This document shows positions 37,081 through 50,171 of a stretch of DNA of 64,000 nucleotides, in pieces. Source of the DNA: Takakia lepidozioides. Its lineage: Eukaryota; Plantae; Bryophyta. Within the stretch, counting starts at the first letter, position 1. Each line of letters starts with the position of its first letter. Where the stretch lies: positions 47,182,001 through 47,246,000 of the forward strand of contig CM060731.1 in assembly GCA_030704615.1 (NCBI GenBank), given 5' to 3'. The notes beneath the pieces are model-generated. The model saw only the letters and a program-made list of their open reading frames with translations, was not told where the DNA came from and did not search any database. Made by a program: the position numbers and the translations under genes.

Positions 37081-38401
37081 CTAGGTCCCAGTGTTACAGA
37101 ATTATGCTACCCCTGCATGACAGGAGATCTCTGTAGTAACCTTTCTCCACCTTGGCTGCGATGCTCAAGTGTATCCAGGACAATCAAGATTCATTGGTCG
37201 CAATGCAAATGTTGTTTCTGAGGGGCATTATTAGATTTGCGTTGATTCTGATGGCCTGCACTGCCTTGTTTCAGTATCTGGACTAGGGAATTTCCATGTC
37301 AATATCTCCCATTAAGATTATTGGCCCTCCTGGTTTGCACTGCATGAGGATGGCAGTAGTGATGCCCAATCAGCCTTTACCCATACGTATGCTGGCTATG
37401 TGGACCCCAAATGGTGTTCACTCTGTTGGAGATACTCAAAAGTTCAAGGTATTTCAAAGCCAGAAGCTAAAGGTGGAGTCATGAAATGTCTGTTGTGGGA
37501 GAGGGAGACATAGAGAGAAGAGATCTGCAGGTCAGGCACTTCTCCATACAGCGATCCCCAACCAAGGCAATTTCACATTTTTTTCCAAGGGAGCAGAAGG
37601 AAGAGAGGACAAAGGGACTACAAAACTGATCTTGGAAGTACTCGGAAAAAAAGGACATTTGATCTTATTCTTTCACTTTTGACTGAGTTGTGGTCATCTG
37701 TGAAGGGGAGACAGCAGCTTGGAAGGAGCGCGTCACACTGTGCAGGCAGAGGTACATGTAGAAGATATGACATGCAGCATCAGGAACAGCTCATCCACAT
37801 AACAATCTCACATCCAGCTGACAAAATACACAAGATGCCAAATCTGTACACCAGGTTGTACATCTCCCTTTTACTGAAGTAAGACAACCTTATACCGTCA
37901 ACCCTTGGTCTATCTCATCAGCAGGTCTCAGCAGAAGAGAGGGTAGCCACATTCCTTAATGATCTCAGACCCTCATCCTGCAACGGCCATGATGTAGTCA
38001 GCAGTCCTTAGATTAGCTGTACAGGTGCATGAACCAACTTATAGCTGTCATGGTTTCCCGCCGTCAATACAGGAATGGCTCGTGTTAGGTTTGGATGGAA
38101 AAGGAGAAGATCTGACGCTTTGGTCACCACAGAACTACAATGATGCATAGGCTGTTTGTCTGATCCATTAGAAACCCTCCTTAAAAGCTTTGTGATGAAG
38201 TGCCATGGAACAAATGTCTAGGCAGTTTCGTGACAGACAACGTGTTGAAAGATCATCCTTCTTGAGCCTGCACAGGATGCCAGGGAGGGTAGATTGCTGA
38301 GCCACAAGTTGCTCAGTCTCCTTCTCTTTTAGTTTTCATTTGTCCTTTTTGGTCTTCTATGGAGTGCCCTGTTTGACAGGCTCACACGCGGCCAATGCCT
38401 G

Positions 38402-39447
38402 TATGTTGCGCTCTACATGAATCTCCCGATCACTGAGTGGTGCAAGAGCGGCAGCGTTGTCATTATGATTCTCTTAGGTCAACTCATGGAGGTGGGGGAC
38501 ACCCCTTGCAGATAGCATCCATATTCTGGAAAATGTCTGGAAAATGTACAGGGCTGATCCCGTCCTGCAAAATATCCGCTATAAACCTTGTAAGTTGATT
38601 TTCAGGGTCGGACTAGATATGAAGAAATCAAGAATGGCACTCAAGACATTTTCAAGGATAACAACATTCCGATCGAACATATCTATTGCATAAACAACAC
38701 AGATGATTGACTATAAGTATATTGACAGAAACGTTGTAGGTCTAGGGATACCCTCACTTTCTCTAGTAATAGTGCACACAACTATGAACAAAACAAAGCA
38801 CTCCAGTCAACGATGGTGGTTCTCAGCACCTGCAAATACTGTTTGGCCTAAGGTTTTATTTTTATTTTTTATTCTATTCTATTCTATTCTTATCTGCACC
38901 TTATGTACGTCCATTTGCCTTGATCGTTGATGATCGTGGATTTGGCCTCATGCAGCTAAGGGGCGCAAAAAAACAAAACAAAACAAAACACAACACAACT
39001 TAGATCAACAGTTACATGTATAGTTGTTGGGAACCATGATCCTTGATGATCGTGGTAGCACTACCTTCTACAGTGTTGTGTTTCGTTCATATTTGTGTGC
39101 ATTGATAGTGGAAAAAATAAGAGTCTCCATGTCTACAACCTTTTTGTCAGTCTACTTATAGTCCATCATGTTTGTTGTTTCGACAACATATATGTTCGGA
39201 ATCTCTTCATCTTTGAATAAGTCCTGAGTGGTATTTTTTGATTTCTTGGTATCTGCAGCAACCCTGGGAATCAACATACGATGTTTACAACAGATATTTT
39301 ATAGGACTAAAGTCCTCCTACATATTTTCCAGAATGTGGATGGTACTAAGGACTGTCCCCTCGATGAGTTGACCTAAAAAGAATCATAATGACAACGCTG
39401 CCATTTTGGCACCACTCAGTGATGGGGAGATTCATGAGCGCAACATA
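38402..39447. repeat. Large diverged foldback (inverted repeat), arms ~480 bp, short spacer
   Basis: tatgttgcgctc...cactgagtggtgc...ggcagcgttgtcattatgattc...taggtcaactcat (38402 onward) is the reverse complement of atgagttgaccta...gaatcataatgacaacgctgcc...gcaccactcagtg...gagcgcaacata (to 39447). Similarity continues inward to about 38885/38970. Confidence 0.85.
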
Positions 39448-40266
39448 TATATGTATATAATTTCTATTGCCTTAGGTGCAAAGGCCAAAACCACGATTGT
39501 GGCTTTTTTTGCTACAAGGCAGTACATACTTTTATCCATGGACCCCAACTTCACCAACATGAAGATGAATATAGACAAACAACAGATACTGCCACGATCG
39601 TGGCAAATGGACTTTAGTCCTTATCGTGGCCCGCCTGACATGATCACATCTTTCCTATCAAACACATGAAATATGCAAATTGAATTTAAAAATTGCAAAT
39701 AAAAATTGCAAAGTACAAATTCTTTTCTACAATCCGGAATATTTACGATCACGATCGTGGAATTCCCCTTTGTTTCACATCTTCAATGTGTCATCTGTAA
39801 AGAAATGAATTTGTAAGAAAAAATGTGTCCTCATCATAGTCATTTCTCCGTAGAGTTGTCATTTGACTTGTTGATGTCACCATCCCTAGAGAACTCTATG
39901 TAGAATCAGTGCTGCCACACCAGCCTCTTCCATTTCTAAATGTAGGTCTCTAGTGTCACTTTCGGGGCAACCATGGTAACATGGTAATCTTTCAGCTACT
40001 GGGCCAAAACGAGGAGTGAACCGATGCACTGTGGGTACACCTTTGCAATCCAGTGTTGCCCATTTCGAAGATGAAGAGAAGTTTGGTTCCTGCAAATTAT
40101 AACGAAAGACACCCCTTCTGGTTAGATGGGGATGCTCATCGGCCCGATAGAGACAACTTCTCACTCCATCGAATTTATCCACTCCACACAGTTTCATCTG
40201 TAAATACATTTGCTAGTGGATCGTCTTTTAGCCAACCCATTATTTCATTTCCAACTAGTACAGTTG

Positions 40267-41366
40267 GGGGATTGCTCAAGCGTGAGCAGAATCGTGAGCG
40301 GAAAATTCCATGATCAGAATTCTGCTCACGCTCCAGGATCTGCTCACCTAGTATAACATGCATACCGACAAGCTCGTTATGGATTAATGATAGATGAATG
40401 GCGGAGAATGTCTATTGGACGAATGTCACATGGATGAATGTAGTAAGTGGATGAATGGAAAAATACAAAGCAGTTTTTTAGTACTAGTTGCCAAATCCCC
40501 CGAGCTCCAGAGTGAATCCCTGCCAGTCTTGGTAGTCTTGCTTGCAAATCAACTATGAAAGTGCAGTTTGTATGTCTGCATTGTCAATAAGGAGATGACA
40601 TTGCTTTGTCATATTGAGGAGGGTTGAGGTTGTCATTTTCCCAGATATCCAAGGTCGAGAGAAATGATCACACCCAATTGCAAAGAAGGTGAAGAGGCAA
40701 TTTGGTGTTTTAATCAAAATCGTTTGAAAACAGTCGATTCATTTCGACGAAGAATATCCTCTGCTACAAGAGTTAGTGTCCAAAACGAAGGCACAACTGT
40801 CAATGAAGACACTCGCCCTGCTCTGCACAAAACCATCTATGTCGTAAAGCACAGGAGGGGGAGATGAGAGGAGACTAAATCGCCCGCTGCAGCCTCCGCA
40901 TAACATGACAACTCAAATGACGTCACCTTAATCTTGCACCTTAATCCGTTTTTTTTTTTTTCCCGAATGTGCTAGATTAAGGTGGCGTTGACGCCACCTT
41001 AATCTGGCTGGTCGTGTGCTATTTGGGATGAATAGCATCTACAAATTGCTCGGACTACATAACTTATGATTCATTGTCATGTCCTTCTTCCAGGTGACCA
41101 GAAATCTAGGTCTTTTGCTTGCAAAGTAGGGGTTGGGTTCATTTGTAAGTTTTCTATTTTTTTTATTTATTTTTCCCCGAATGTTTATGACACCTTAATC
41201 TGGCTGGTCTTCTGGTGTGCTATTTGGGGTGAATGGCATCTACAAAATTGCTCAGACTACATAATTTATGATTCGTTGTCATGTCCTTTTTCTTGGTGAC
41301 TAGAAATCCATGTTGGGTAAACGCCACGTCTTTTGCTTGCAAAGTAGGGGTTGGGTTCATTTGCAA

Positions 41367-41425
<59 letters not shown>

Positions 41426-42157
41426 TTTCCCGAATGTGCCAGATTAAGGTATCGTTGATTAAGGTGGCGTCAACGACACCTTAATCTGGCTGGTCTTCTG
41501 GTGTGCTATTTGGGGTGAATGACATCTGCAAATTGCTCGGACTACATAACTTATGATTCGTTGTCATGACTTTCTTCCAGGTGACCAGAAATCCATGCTG
41601 GGTAAATGCCTCATCTTTTGCTTGCAAAGCAGGGGTTGGGTTCATTTGCAAGTTTCCCAAAAAACAAAAACAAAAAATATATATTTTATATTTTATTTTT
41701 TTCCCTTGAATGTGCATGGCGTTGACGCCAGCTTAATCTGGCTGGTCTTCTGGGCTGGAATTAAGCCTCCGCCAAATTAAAATACACTTATTTAAACTCA
41801 ACAACACATGGATCCCTGTGCACATGCTGAACGGTAAGATACATGTTGTTGCAGTCATCCATGGTTCACTCGTCTGGGCAATTTTTCATCCGACACTCAT
41901 CCCACGTTCATCCAACGTTCATCACAGATAAATTCATCCGTCAGTTTTTCATCGCACATTCGTGCCTTATTGTCGTCATAGAGGCTGTCTGTCTTCGGTT
42001 AGGAGATTGCGTCCTTGCAGTGGAGTTTGCGTCCATGGCAATAGGCCCATTTTTTCGCTCGGTTTTAGGGTCCGCATCACTAATCTGCTCACGCTTACAA
42101 TCTACTCACGCTTAAGGGAATCTGCTCACGGGTTCTGCTCACACGGTAGGTGCCCTC
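40267..42157. mobile_element. Non-autonomous Mutator-like element (MULE), 1891 bp
   Basis: 9-bp TSD gtacagttg at 40258-40266 and 42158-42166. Imperfect G-starting TIRs with gtgagcagaa at the same offset (16) from both ends; inverted subterminal gtgagcaga and ggatgaa/ttcatcc motifs. Confidence 0.82.
40974..41755. repeat. Three to four tandem ~160-180 bp units inside the MULE, with a palindrome and a (TA)n tract
   Basis: ccttaatctggctggtc...gtgtgctatttggg...ttttgcttgcaaag.aggggttgggttcatttg at ~40997, ~41193 and ~41479, partial at ~41730. Palindrome agattaaggtggcgt-tg-acgccaccttaatct at 40974-41005; (TA)n at ~41370-41420. Confidence 0.85.
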
Positions 42158-43383
42158 GTACAGTTGATTATGTGGAAGACATTATGCTAGCTGTGAAAGA
42201 GTCCATTTGTCCCGACGTTGTGTGGCACATAGACCGGATTCAAGTGGGGTCTAGGGTGGGTAATTGTATAATTATTTGGGCGGATCCTTTTGTCAAGTGT
42301 CATTCAAAGATATAGCAAGAAACACTACCGGCACTCTTGCTCCAACGTACACATGGTTGTTTCGACCATTCGGGACGAGATTATCAGCGATCATGCTTTC
42401 CCCCTCTCATGATGGATACACGATATTCTCCGGAATTTTTCGGTCATTATGATATTTTTCGCGGTATTAGGCCTTCATATTTATATCCTCGGGTAGGCCC
42501 TCTTTCTTAGTGGGTGAAGTGTGAGCCTAGCTCACAAGCTCACCGTAGCTACGCTGGTGATTAGGCCAGTGGTCTGACAAGTCAAAAAATCAGCAGTCGT
42601 TGCACCACTCGCAACTCGAACTGATCATCAGGGACAAAGCTCTCAACAATATAGCACCCGCCCCGTGGGTCAGAAATATAGTAAGGCTAAACGCATCTAT
42701 AAGATCACTAGAGATTAGAGGATCAGAGAGTGACAATACAAATATGGATTTTTTCAAACCAAGTTCTTGCCACTTAAGACCCTCAATGTTTAAGAACTTG
42801 TGCTTCACTTCAGCAGGTTGTAACTATTCAAGCCTTGTTTACTGCTTGCACTTCCTCCACCACAGCCGTTGGGTCACTGATCCACCATGACACCCTCGCA
42901 AGGTGTTGGAAGATAATTTATCTTCCAACACCTTTCGTTCAAATGTGGATGTCACGTATAAGATGGGCAGTTGGGCCTTAGTGCTCAATCTTTGGCACCT
43001 CCTTCTATTTAGCTTTGCTTTAGGGTTTGTTATTTCTACTGTTGCACTCCCAATTCGTTTTGGCTTGTGCTTTAAGGCCTGAATTCTCTGGTCATGAGAT
43101 GTACCAAATGAGGTAAGGATTTAGTTACATGAGATCTTCAGAGGCAGACACTCGTGTTCACCATTAGTAACACCCATGGGTCCCTACTTACGTGTAATTC
43201 GTGGACGATCATGTGCATGCGGCGCTACTCTAGAAATGATAAACATGACGTTCACCAACATGGATTCCTCAGAACTTAGAAGTTCTGCAAACAAATTCTC
43301 TAGCACCTCTTTTCCCACAAATCGTGGATGTTCAAGGAGCTGTGTGTTAGAGGTGGGGTCTCTTGCTACACCATACATGGAGG

Positions 43384-45389
43384 TGTTCAAAAATCTAGAT
43401 AGAACAACAAAGAGGAAAGAGGATTGTATAGAAGCTCTCCACCCAACCATAGAAGCACACAGCATGAACAAATGATTTGTGGCTTTACCCCCGAGTTTCT
43501 TATATAGTTCTAGCTAGGCTAAAAGCAATCTCTAAAAACTTGCTTTTTAGACCTACTTTTACTATATGTATAGACTTAAGCAAAGTCAGAATTGGCAAAA
43601 GTCTAAAGGAAGGCTAGAGCCAAGTAACGCAAAGAGTAAATGTTAAGTAGTCCCATAATGAACTAGCTTTAATTTTAAGACAAAAGCCTTTCGAGAGTTA
43701 CTTTTAATGTCCCTAACTTTATCTATAAGTCAAGTTGTAGATTCGTTGAATATGGAGCTGTTTTCCAACACCCTCTCTCAGCGAGATAATCACGTAATCT
43801 CAATCTTCCAATGTCTCTGGAGACATTATACCAAGTTCAAGTGAACAGTTGATGTGTTTTGGCTTTGGTAGGCTCTTTGTCAAAACATCAGCCATCATGT
43901 CTTCTGTAGGGCGATAGACCATTTCGATTTCACCTTTGCCTACAATCTCTCAGATGTACTAATGCTGAACCTCAATGTGCTTAATTCTCGAATGGTATTT
44001 TGGGTTTTGACTCAGTTTCTGACATGACTAGTCTTGATCCCGACTAAACTTTGATTTCCCAATCTATATAGACCATTGTCTAAAAGAAATGCTTGTGCTA
44101 CTACTTGACCTTCGTTATCTGAGATAAGACACAATTCTTTTTGGAATAGCACTTTATATCCCACATCAATTATCTTCCTCACTGACAACAAGTTTTTAGT
44201 TAAGGTAGGTACGTATAGTACACATTGCAGGATTAAAGTGATATCATTGCAATAAATATGGGCATAGGATAAAAGACTGTAGAATACGTATAGCAGAGGA
44301 GCGTAAACGAGAGAATCAAGAAACACGACGGAATGTATAAGCTACTCATCAGAAATACCCTATCTTATTTGTAGTTTCGCTTTCAAGCAGAAGTATGAGT
44401 GATACATTGATTCATGAGCATCTCAACCTATGACTCCAGAAAAGGAGATGATAGTATGTTCTCCAGTATGTTCTCTTGGGAGATGATAGCAAACACGTCA
44501 TTAGCAGAGAAGGTTCAGTCTCACTTATGATAAATCAAGGAGAGGTTCGAGAAGTACAAGGTGTACTATACGTACCTACCTTAACCAAAAACTTGTTGTC
44601 CGTGAGGAAGGTAGTTGATGCGGGATATAGAGTGTTATTCCAAAAAAAAGGTTGGCTCATCTCAGATAACGAAGGTCAAGTAGTAGCACAAGTACATCTT
44701 TTAGACGTCAATAGTCTATATAGATTGAGAAATCAAAATTCTAGTGCTCTTGCAATCTATTCACTGGAGTCAGGACCAAGACTAGTCATGTCAGAAACTG
44801 AGTTATGGCATAGACGATTGGGACATGTGAGCATCAACAAGTTGAGACACATGAAACAATCAACTTCCTTTGTAGACGGACTATCATTGAAAAATATCAC
44901 CAACCTTGATCTCTGCAAAGGTTGCATATAAGGGAAACAATATAGAACTCAGTTTCCTAGTGATTGTGGACGAAGATCCACAAACATTCTGGCACCGATA
45001 CAATATTGAAAAACGTAGAATATAAAACAAAAATGAGGAAAAATGATTGTATAGAAGCTCTGATACCATGCTGAAAAATGTAGATAGAACAACAAAGAGG
45101 AAAGAGGATTCTATAGAAGCTCTCCACCCAACCATAGAAGCACATAGCATGAACAACTGATTTGTGGTTTTATCCCCGAGCTTCGTATATAGTTTTAGCT
45201 AGGCTAAAAATAATCACTAAAGACTTGCCTTTTAGACCTACTTTTATTATATATGTTAAGTAGTCCCATAATGGACTAGCTTTAACTTTAAGACAAAAGC
45301 CTCTCTAAATAGAGAGTTACTTTTAATGTCTCTAACTTTATCTACAAGTCGAGTTGTAGATTTGTTGAATATGGAGCTATTTTCCAACA
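43384..45389 (-). mobile_element. Internally deleted and rearranged Ty1/Copia LTR retrotransposon
   Basis: LTRs 45069-45389 (5') and 43384-43770 (3'), TG..CA; PBS TGGTATCAGAGC at 45057-45068; PPT at 43771-43780. RNase H remnant NPKYHSRIKHIEV...DMMADVLTKSL; protease/GAG-pre-integrase remnants VLYVPTLTKNLLSV and ELWHRRLGH. No matching TSD. Confidence 0.88.
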
Positions 45390-46100
45390 TGACTCTACCA
45401 CTACGGAGCCAACTAGACATCATTTTGGACCGATTTATTGTTCTCCATACGCGGAACATCTTGCCATTAAGAAAACCGTCGCCCGCATTCAAGAGGTATA
45501 TTATTGGAAGGGGATTCAACGTGACATGACCTTGTTCATTTCCAAGTGTGAAGGGTGTCGATTTAAGGGTATGGGGATAATTAATGAACTTCAATCCCTC
45601 CTTGTAACTCATGCATTTGCTCGAGTTGGCCTAGATTTGGTCAGTCCTCTCTCACTCACTTCTACAGGTCATAGCTACTTATGTGTAGCTACTGATTATC
45701 TCACTAAGTGGGTGGGGTCCATCCCCCTTACGCTAAGGATTCGGATAGTGTAGCACAATTCTTCTTTAAAGAGATCATCATGTGTCATGGCTGTCCCAAG
45801 GAGATCATCATGGATCAGGATAAGGAATTTGGCAACCAGCTGATGTCTATCATATGCTTTAACTTTGGTGTGAAGCACGTGACTACAGCCTCTTACCATC
45901 CTCCAACCAATGGTCTTACGGAGTGGTGTAATCAAACATTTTACATAATGCTGGAAATGAATGGAGCCCTCATTAAAGAGTAGAACACCTTTCTTCCACC
46001 TCTTGTCTTTGCTTATCGGACCGCCATGGATGCTAGCCCTAGACACATGCCCTTTGAGCTTCTATATAGACGCCCATGTGTCACCTCTTTGCATTCTTTC
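45390..46100 (+). mobile_element. Ty3/Gypsy integrase pseudogene fragment
   Basis: GLDLVSPL, VATDYLTKWV, HGCPKEIIMDQDKEF, TTASYHPPTNGLTE, with frameshifts. Confidence 0.8.
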
Positions 46101-47596
46101 CTTTAGTCTATTGTGTTATTGAATGGAAATGTGTAGGAACTTCCTCCTTACTAGGGCATTGCATTTCAAGATGATACTATGTTTCATTGGTGACTGCGGA
46201 TCTGAACACCTTCTTAGAGAACTGCATGCTCGACATGCTATTGCTGTGCGTGAGGCTAAGTGCAAGCCCAAGCTGCTCAAGCTAGGACTACAACAAGAGG
46301 GTAAAGTACTCTGGGTATCACATGTACTCCCATGCACAATTTTCCTCATTTGGGGTTTTGTCCAGTGTTGACATATTGATATGTTCCAATGATCTAGGCA
46401 TGTGTCCGGGTCAGAATAAAGGTATCAAAGGACTAGCCAATCGGGGGTGTCATTGAGTAAATACCCGGTTGTCTGTAGAACTTAGGGTTTAGGAAAATGA
46501 CATAACCACCTGCAACCCATACCAGCGGTATGGCTGCTGGCGATGTTGCAATTAAGACCAATACGGAGGGGCAAGCAGATGAAGATGGGAGGGGTAGGTC
46601 GCACATGTGTTGCGGTCTTGAAAGTTTTGCATGCTGGAAGTGGATGATTGTAATTTTTATTTTATTACCGGATTTGCTTGGTTTTTCTTCCTCTTTTCAG
46701 TGTAGTTTGATGGACGTGGGGCTCAAACATAGCCATATACATACCACCCAACTATGTTAATTCAATTTCAGACCTACTACTCCTACCTGGAATGGGGGTA
46801 GGTCCGACATGGCAATACTCACACCAGCCACGTACCCTACCCACGCCACTGGGGATCTACTCTGGGCCCTACCAGCTTGGCCTTAGAGGTCCATTAGGCA
46901 TACCAGGACCAGTCTGGTATGTCAAATTGGACATACCAGGACAACACAGCTTTTATCCTAGGCCCACTTTGCAGGTGCCGGGTTTTCCCTACATCTAGTG
47001 GGTAGTGTTAGTATTTTCTAGTTATCTTCCTTGCGGGGCTAGGATTTTGATCGGGAAGTCATCACAGTTACTTGTTGTGCATGCATGTCCCTCAACATGA
47101 AGTTCTTTCATTCCCGATCAAATTTATGAAGATATGCTCGTGAACAAGTCCAGCGCAAGATAGAAGAAAGGTGAAGGTTCAGAGTGATACACGCACTATC
47201 AACTGGCACCTGTGTAAGCCAACTCACGAGAGCGCCATCTCATCTTCTTTCTTCTTATAGTTTTTGGGGAACCCAAATGCCACAATCTTTGCAAGTCTTG
47301 ATTCAAGTTTTTGGTGCCTCACTATTTTGAATGGGAGATCTGGGATTGTGTTGTTGGATTGAGGTATCCAGGCAGGAGGGCAGGTTGTTAGGGTTTCAAA
47401 GGTCTTGAAAGCATCCTTCTGCAAAAGCTTGGGAGGCTGCAGTGAAGAATTTGATCTGCTGTTTGGATTGTATCGCTGCCTTCTGTGCGGAGACACCGTT
47501 GCATTGAGTTACCTGGTACACTTCGAGAAAAGCCAATCCAAGCTTTTGTGATACAGCACACGAGGAAAAGATGTGTTGGGGAGGAAGCGTTTCAGA

Positions 47597-49188
47597 ATGG
47601 GACCTTTAATCGAGGGAATCCCGGAAGAATTAGCCTTACAGTGTCTTGCGCGAGTGCCTCTCTTGCTACAGCCCACCTTACAAGCCGTTTGCAGGTCATG
47701 GCGTGCAGTTGTGAGAAGCCCTGAGCTTTTCGAAACCCGGAAGGCTTTGGGTATTGCTGAGGCCTGGATCTGTGTCTGCACACATCGACCCGACAGAGTC
47801 TGGCAGGCATATGACCCCATTTGCGATCGATGGTGCAAACTCCCTCCCCTGCCATCTCGGATCGAGTATTTATCCAACTTTGGTACCGTTTCATTGGGTG
47901 GTAAGCTCTACGTGATAGGCGGTGGCAGAGATCACATCGACCGAACCACCGGTGACAGGAGTGGCCCATCTGCTACAAATGAGGTCTGGGCATTTGATCC
48001 ACTTGACAGAGTATGGACACAGATGGCATCGATGCATATACCCCGCCAAGGCTTTGCTTGTTGCTCATGGGCAGGGCGGATTGTAGTGGCTGCGGGGTTC
48101 ACAACTCACAAGCGGGCAGTTTGCAGCGCCGAAATCTACGATCCAGGAAAAGATAGATGGGAGCCCATGGCAGACTTGGGAGTCTTACCGCTGCATACAA
48201 CTGTTTACGGACTGGTACTAGAGGGCAAGGTGCATGTGCTGTACAGAAACCATACACTCGCAGACGTCTACGACGTCGAAACCAAAAGGTGAAGATTAAG
48301 TGGCTGAATTGGAGGATGGGATTGTGCTTTTTCATAAACTAGGTGAAGGTGAAGTGCTATTCCCCTCATGTCTACATTGGTCAGCCAACACCATTGCTAG
48401 CTGGAAGGGTTGTGTTAAAGGTTCATTGGAACCTAACTTGGTCTCAATGTCTAAAGCATCTTTTGGTTGAAGTGGTGTATACTTGGATTTAAGTTTTGTG
48501 TTACTCTGCATGCTCACAGCCACTCGCATTCTTTGGTACTGTATTTATTATATGGGCCTATAGTGAGGCTCAAGACAGACAGATTTTTACTCGCTGGGAA
48601 GCAGACAATTGCCAACTAAGGTTTCTTGGCACCATTGAGGCTTTGTTGGAAGAGGTAATCTATCAAAGAGACCACGAACCAGCTGCATGAACCCAGAGTA
48701 ATTTTCGCTGCCTCGACTGACCGTTCCCTGGGTTGTTTTGCCCAAAACGTGGGTGGATGGAGACACTTATTTAGCTGACGGAATCTTCCACCAACGTACA
48801 CCTTTAAAACTATCGTGGTTCATGCAGGTGGGTGCTAGAGCGGTGTGGAGACTGGCCATGGGGGCCAATGGCAGTGCTGAATGGGGAACTGTACAGGGTG
48901 CACTTTGATTTTGTATACAAGGGGCGCAGCCTGCTGGAATTCCATAGGACTCTGAACACTTGGCCCATATGCCTAAACAGAACTAAGTTCGGGTTAGTTG
49001 GGCTGGGAGGCAACATGTATGTGATTGGAGGTGTCAAACAGCCTCACCCCAGTAGCCTTGACATCCAAATGCTGAACGATGTGGACATTGGCACCATTGG
49101 AAAAGAAGGCTCTTTCAGTTGGCATAGAGTTGCCAGCTTGCCTCTCTCTAGTGGGGTGGTGTGTGGCTGCACAGTGCTTCAAATTTGA
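47597..49188 (+). CDS. F-box/kelch-repeat protein, SKIP30-like
   Basis: Exons 47597-48288 and 48828-49188. F-box LIEGIPEELALQCLARVP; kelch GGKLYVIGGG, MHIPRQGFACC, AEIYDP; C-terminus WPWGPMAV...GCTVLQI. Confidence 0.9.
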
Positions 49189-50171
49189 AGCTACATTCAA
49201 AGGGGATTAAATTGCATGGTGGACAGGACCCACACCAGTGTTGGGTGGGTATATATCCAGGTGCAGATTTTGGGACCCTTATGTATACTCTTATGGAGGG
49301 TATATCACTACCTGAACACACCCTACATCAATGGGTTTTAATATACCCTATCTAGTCCAGGGTACATATTGGGATGAAGGGTAAATAGTGATCAGGGCAT
49401 ATGCAAGGGTGAAATCATGATCTTAATGTTGTTTCTCTCAAGGTATATTCTTGCAAGTTATTGTATATATATATCTAAACAAAACATCAGCTGGCAGGGG
49501 AGGGTAAAGTTAATATAAGACAAATCTAATAGTAATTATATGAACCATTAACCCGCCCGGACCCAAATTCCAATTCCAGTGGCCAACTAGCTCGGAGCAA
49601 CACTCACCCAGACCCCTCTGTTTTGGTTGTCTAGTTCCCAATCTTCTTTTGAAAGAGATTTCCTAAAAGAGGCAAGAGAAGCTTCATTCATTAATGTAAG
49701 TTGATGCAATCTTCATACTGTTATTTTGTAGGAAGACGCATTTTGAAAGATGCCAAAGAAACTTCACTCACCCTGTAGGCAGTCACATCTTTGTAGGAAC
49801 TGAATTCCACTGTAATTTGTGGCCAGTTGGAAATCTTATGCTAAAACATCACCCTTGCATCTGATTGTATTTCTTTTCCTCCACCATGGGTGCCTTTTTG
49901 TCCTTTGCATTACTTAGTCGAAGTCTCCATGTGCTTCATCATCCTGTAGTGGAAGTAATGATGCCCACAATTGTGCAGGCAAAGGAAATATTCCTTAAAC
50001 CAATAGCTGCATTGTTTAGGTATTAAAGTAGACATAGGTTTTTCAGTGTTTGAACAACTATTCTGGGTTATAACAGTTTTCATTGATCACCCATGGTTAT
50101 ACCCTGCTCTATGCCAAGCTGTTTATAGCACTTGAACAAGTCTTCCATGATAGTTCTTCACTACAAAATTT

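Noticed and set aside
49230-49590. hAT-type MITE remnants (also ~16700-16830 and ~46770-46990) with taccc/gggta motifs
   Set aside because: No convincing TIR pair or TSD could be identified.
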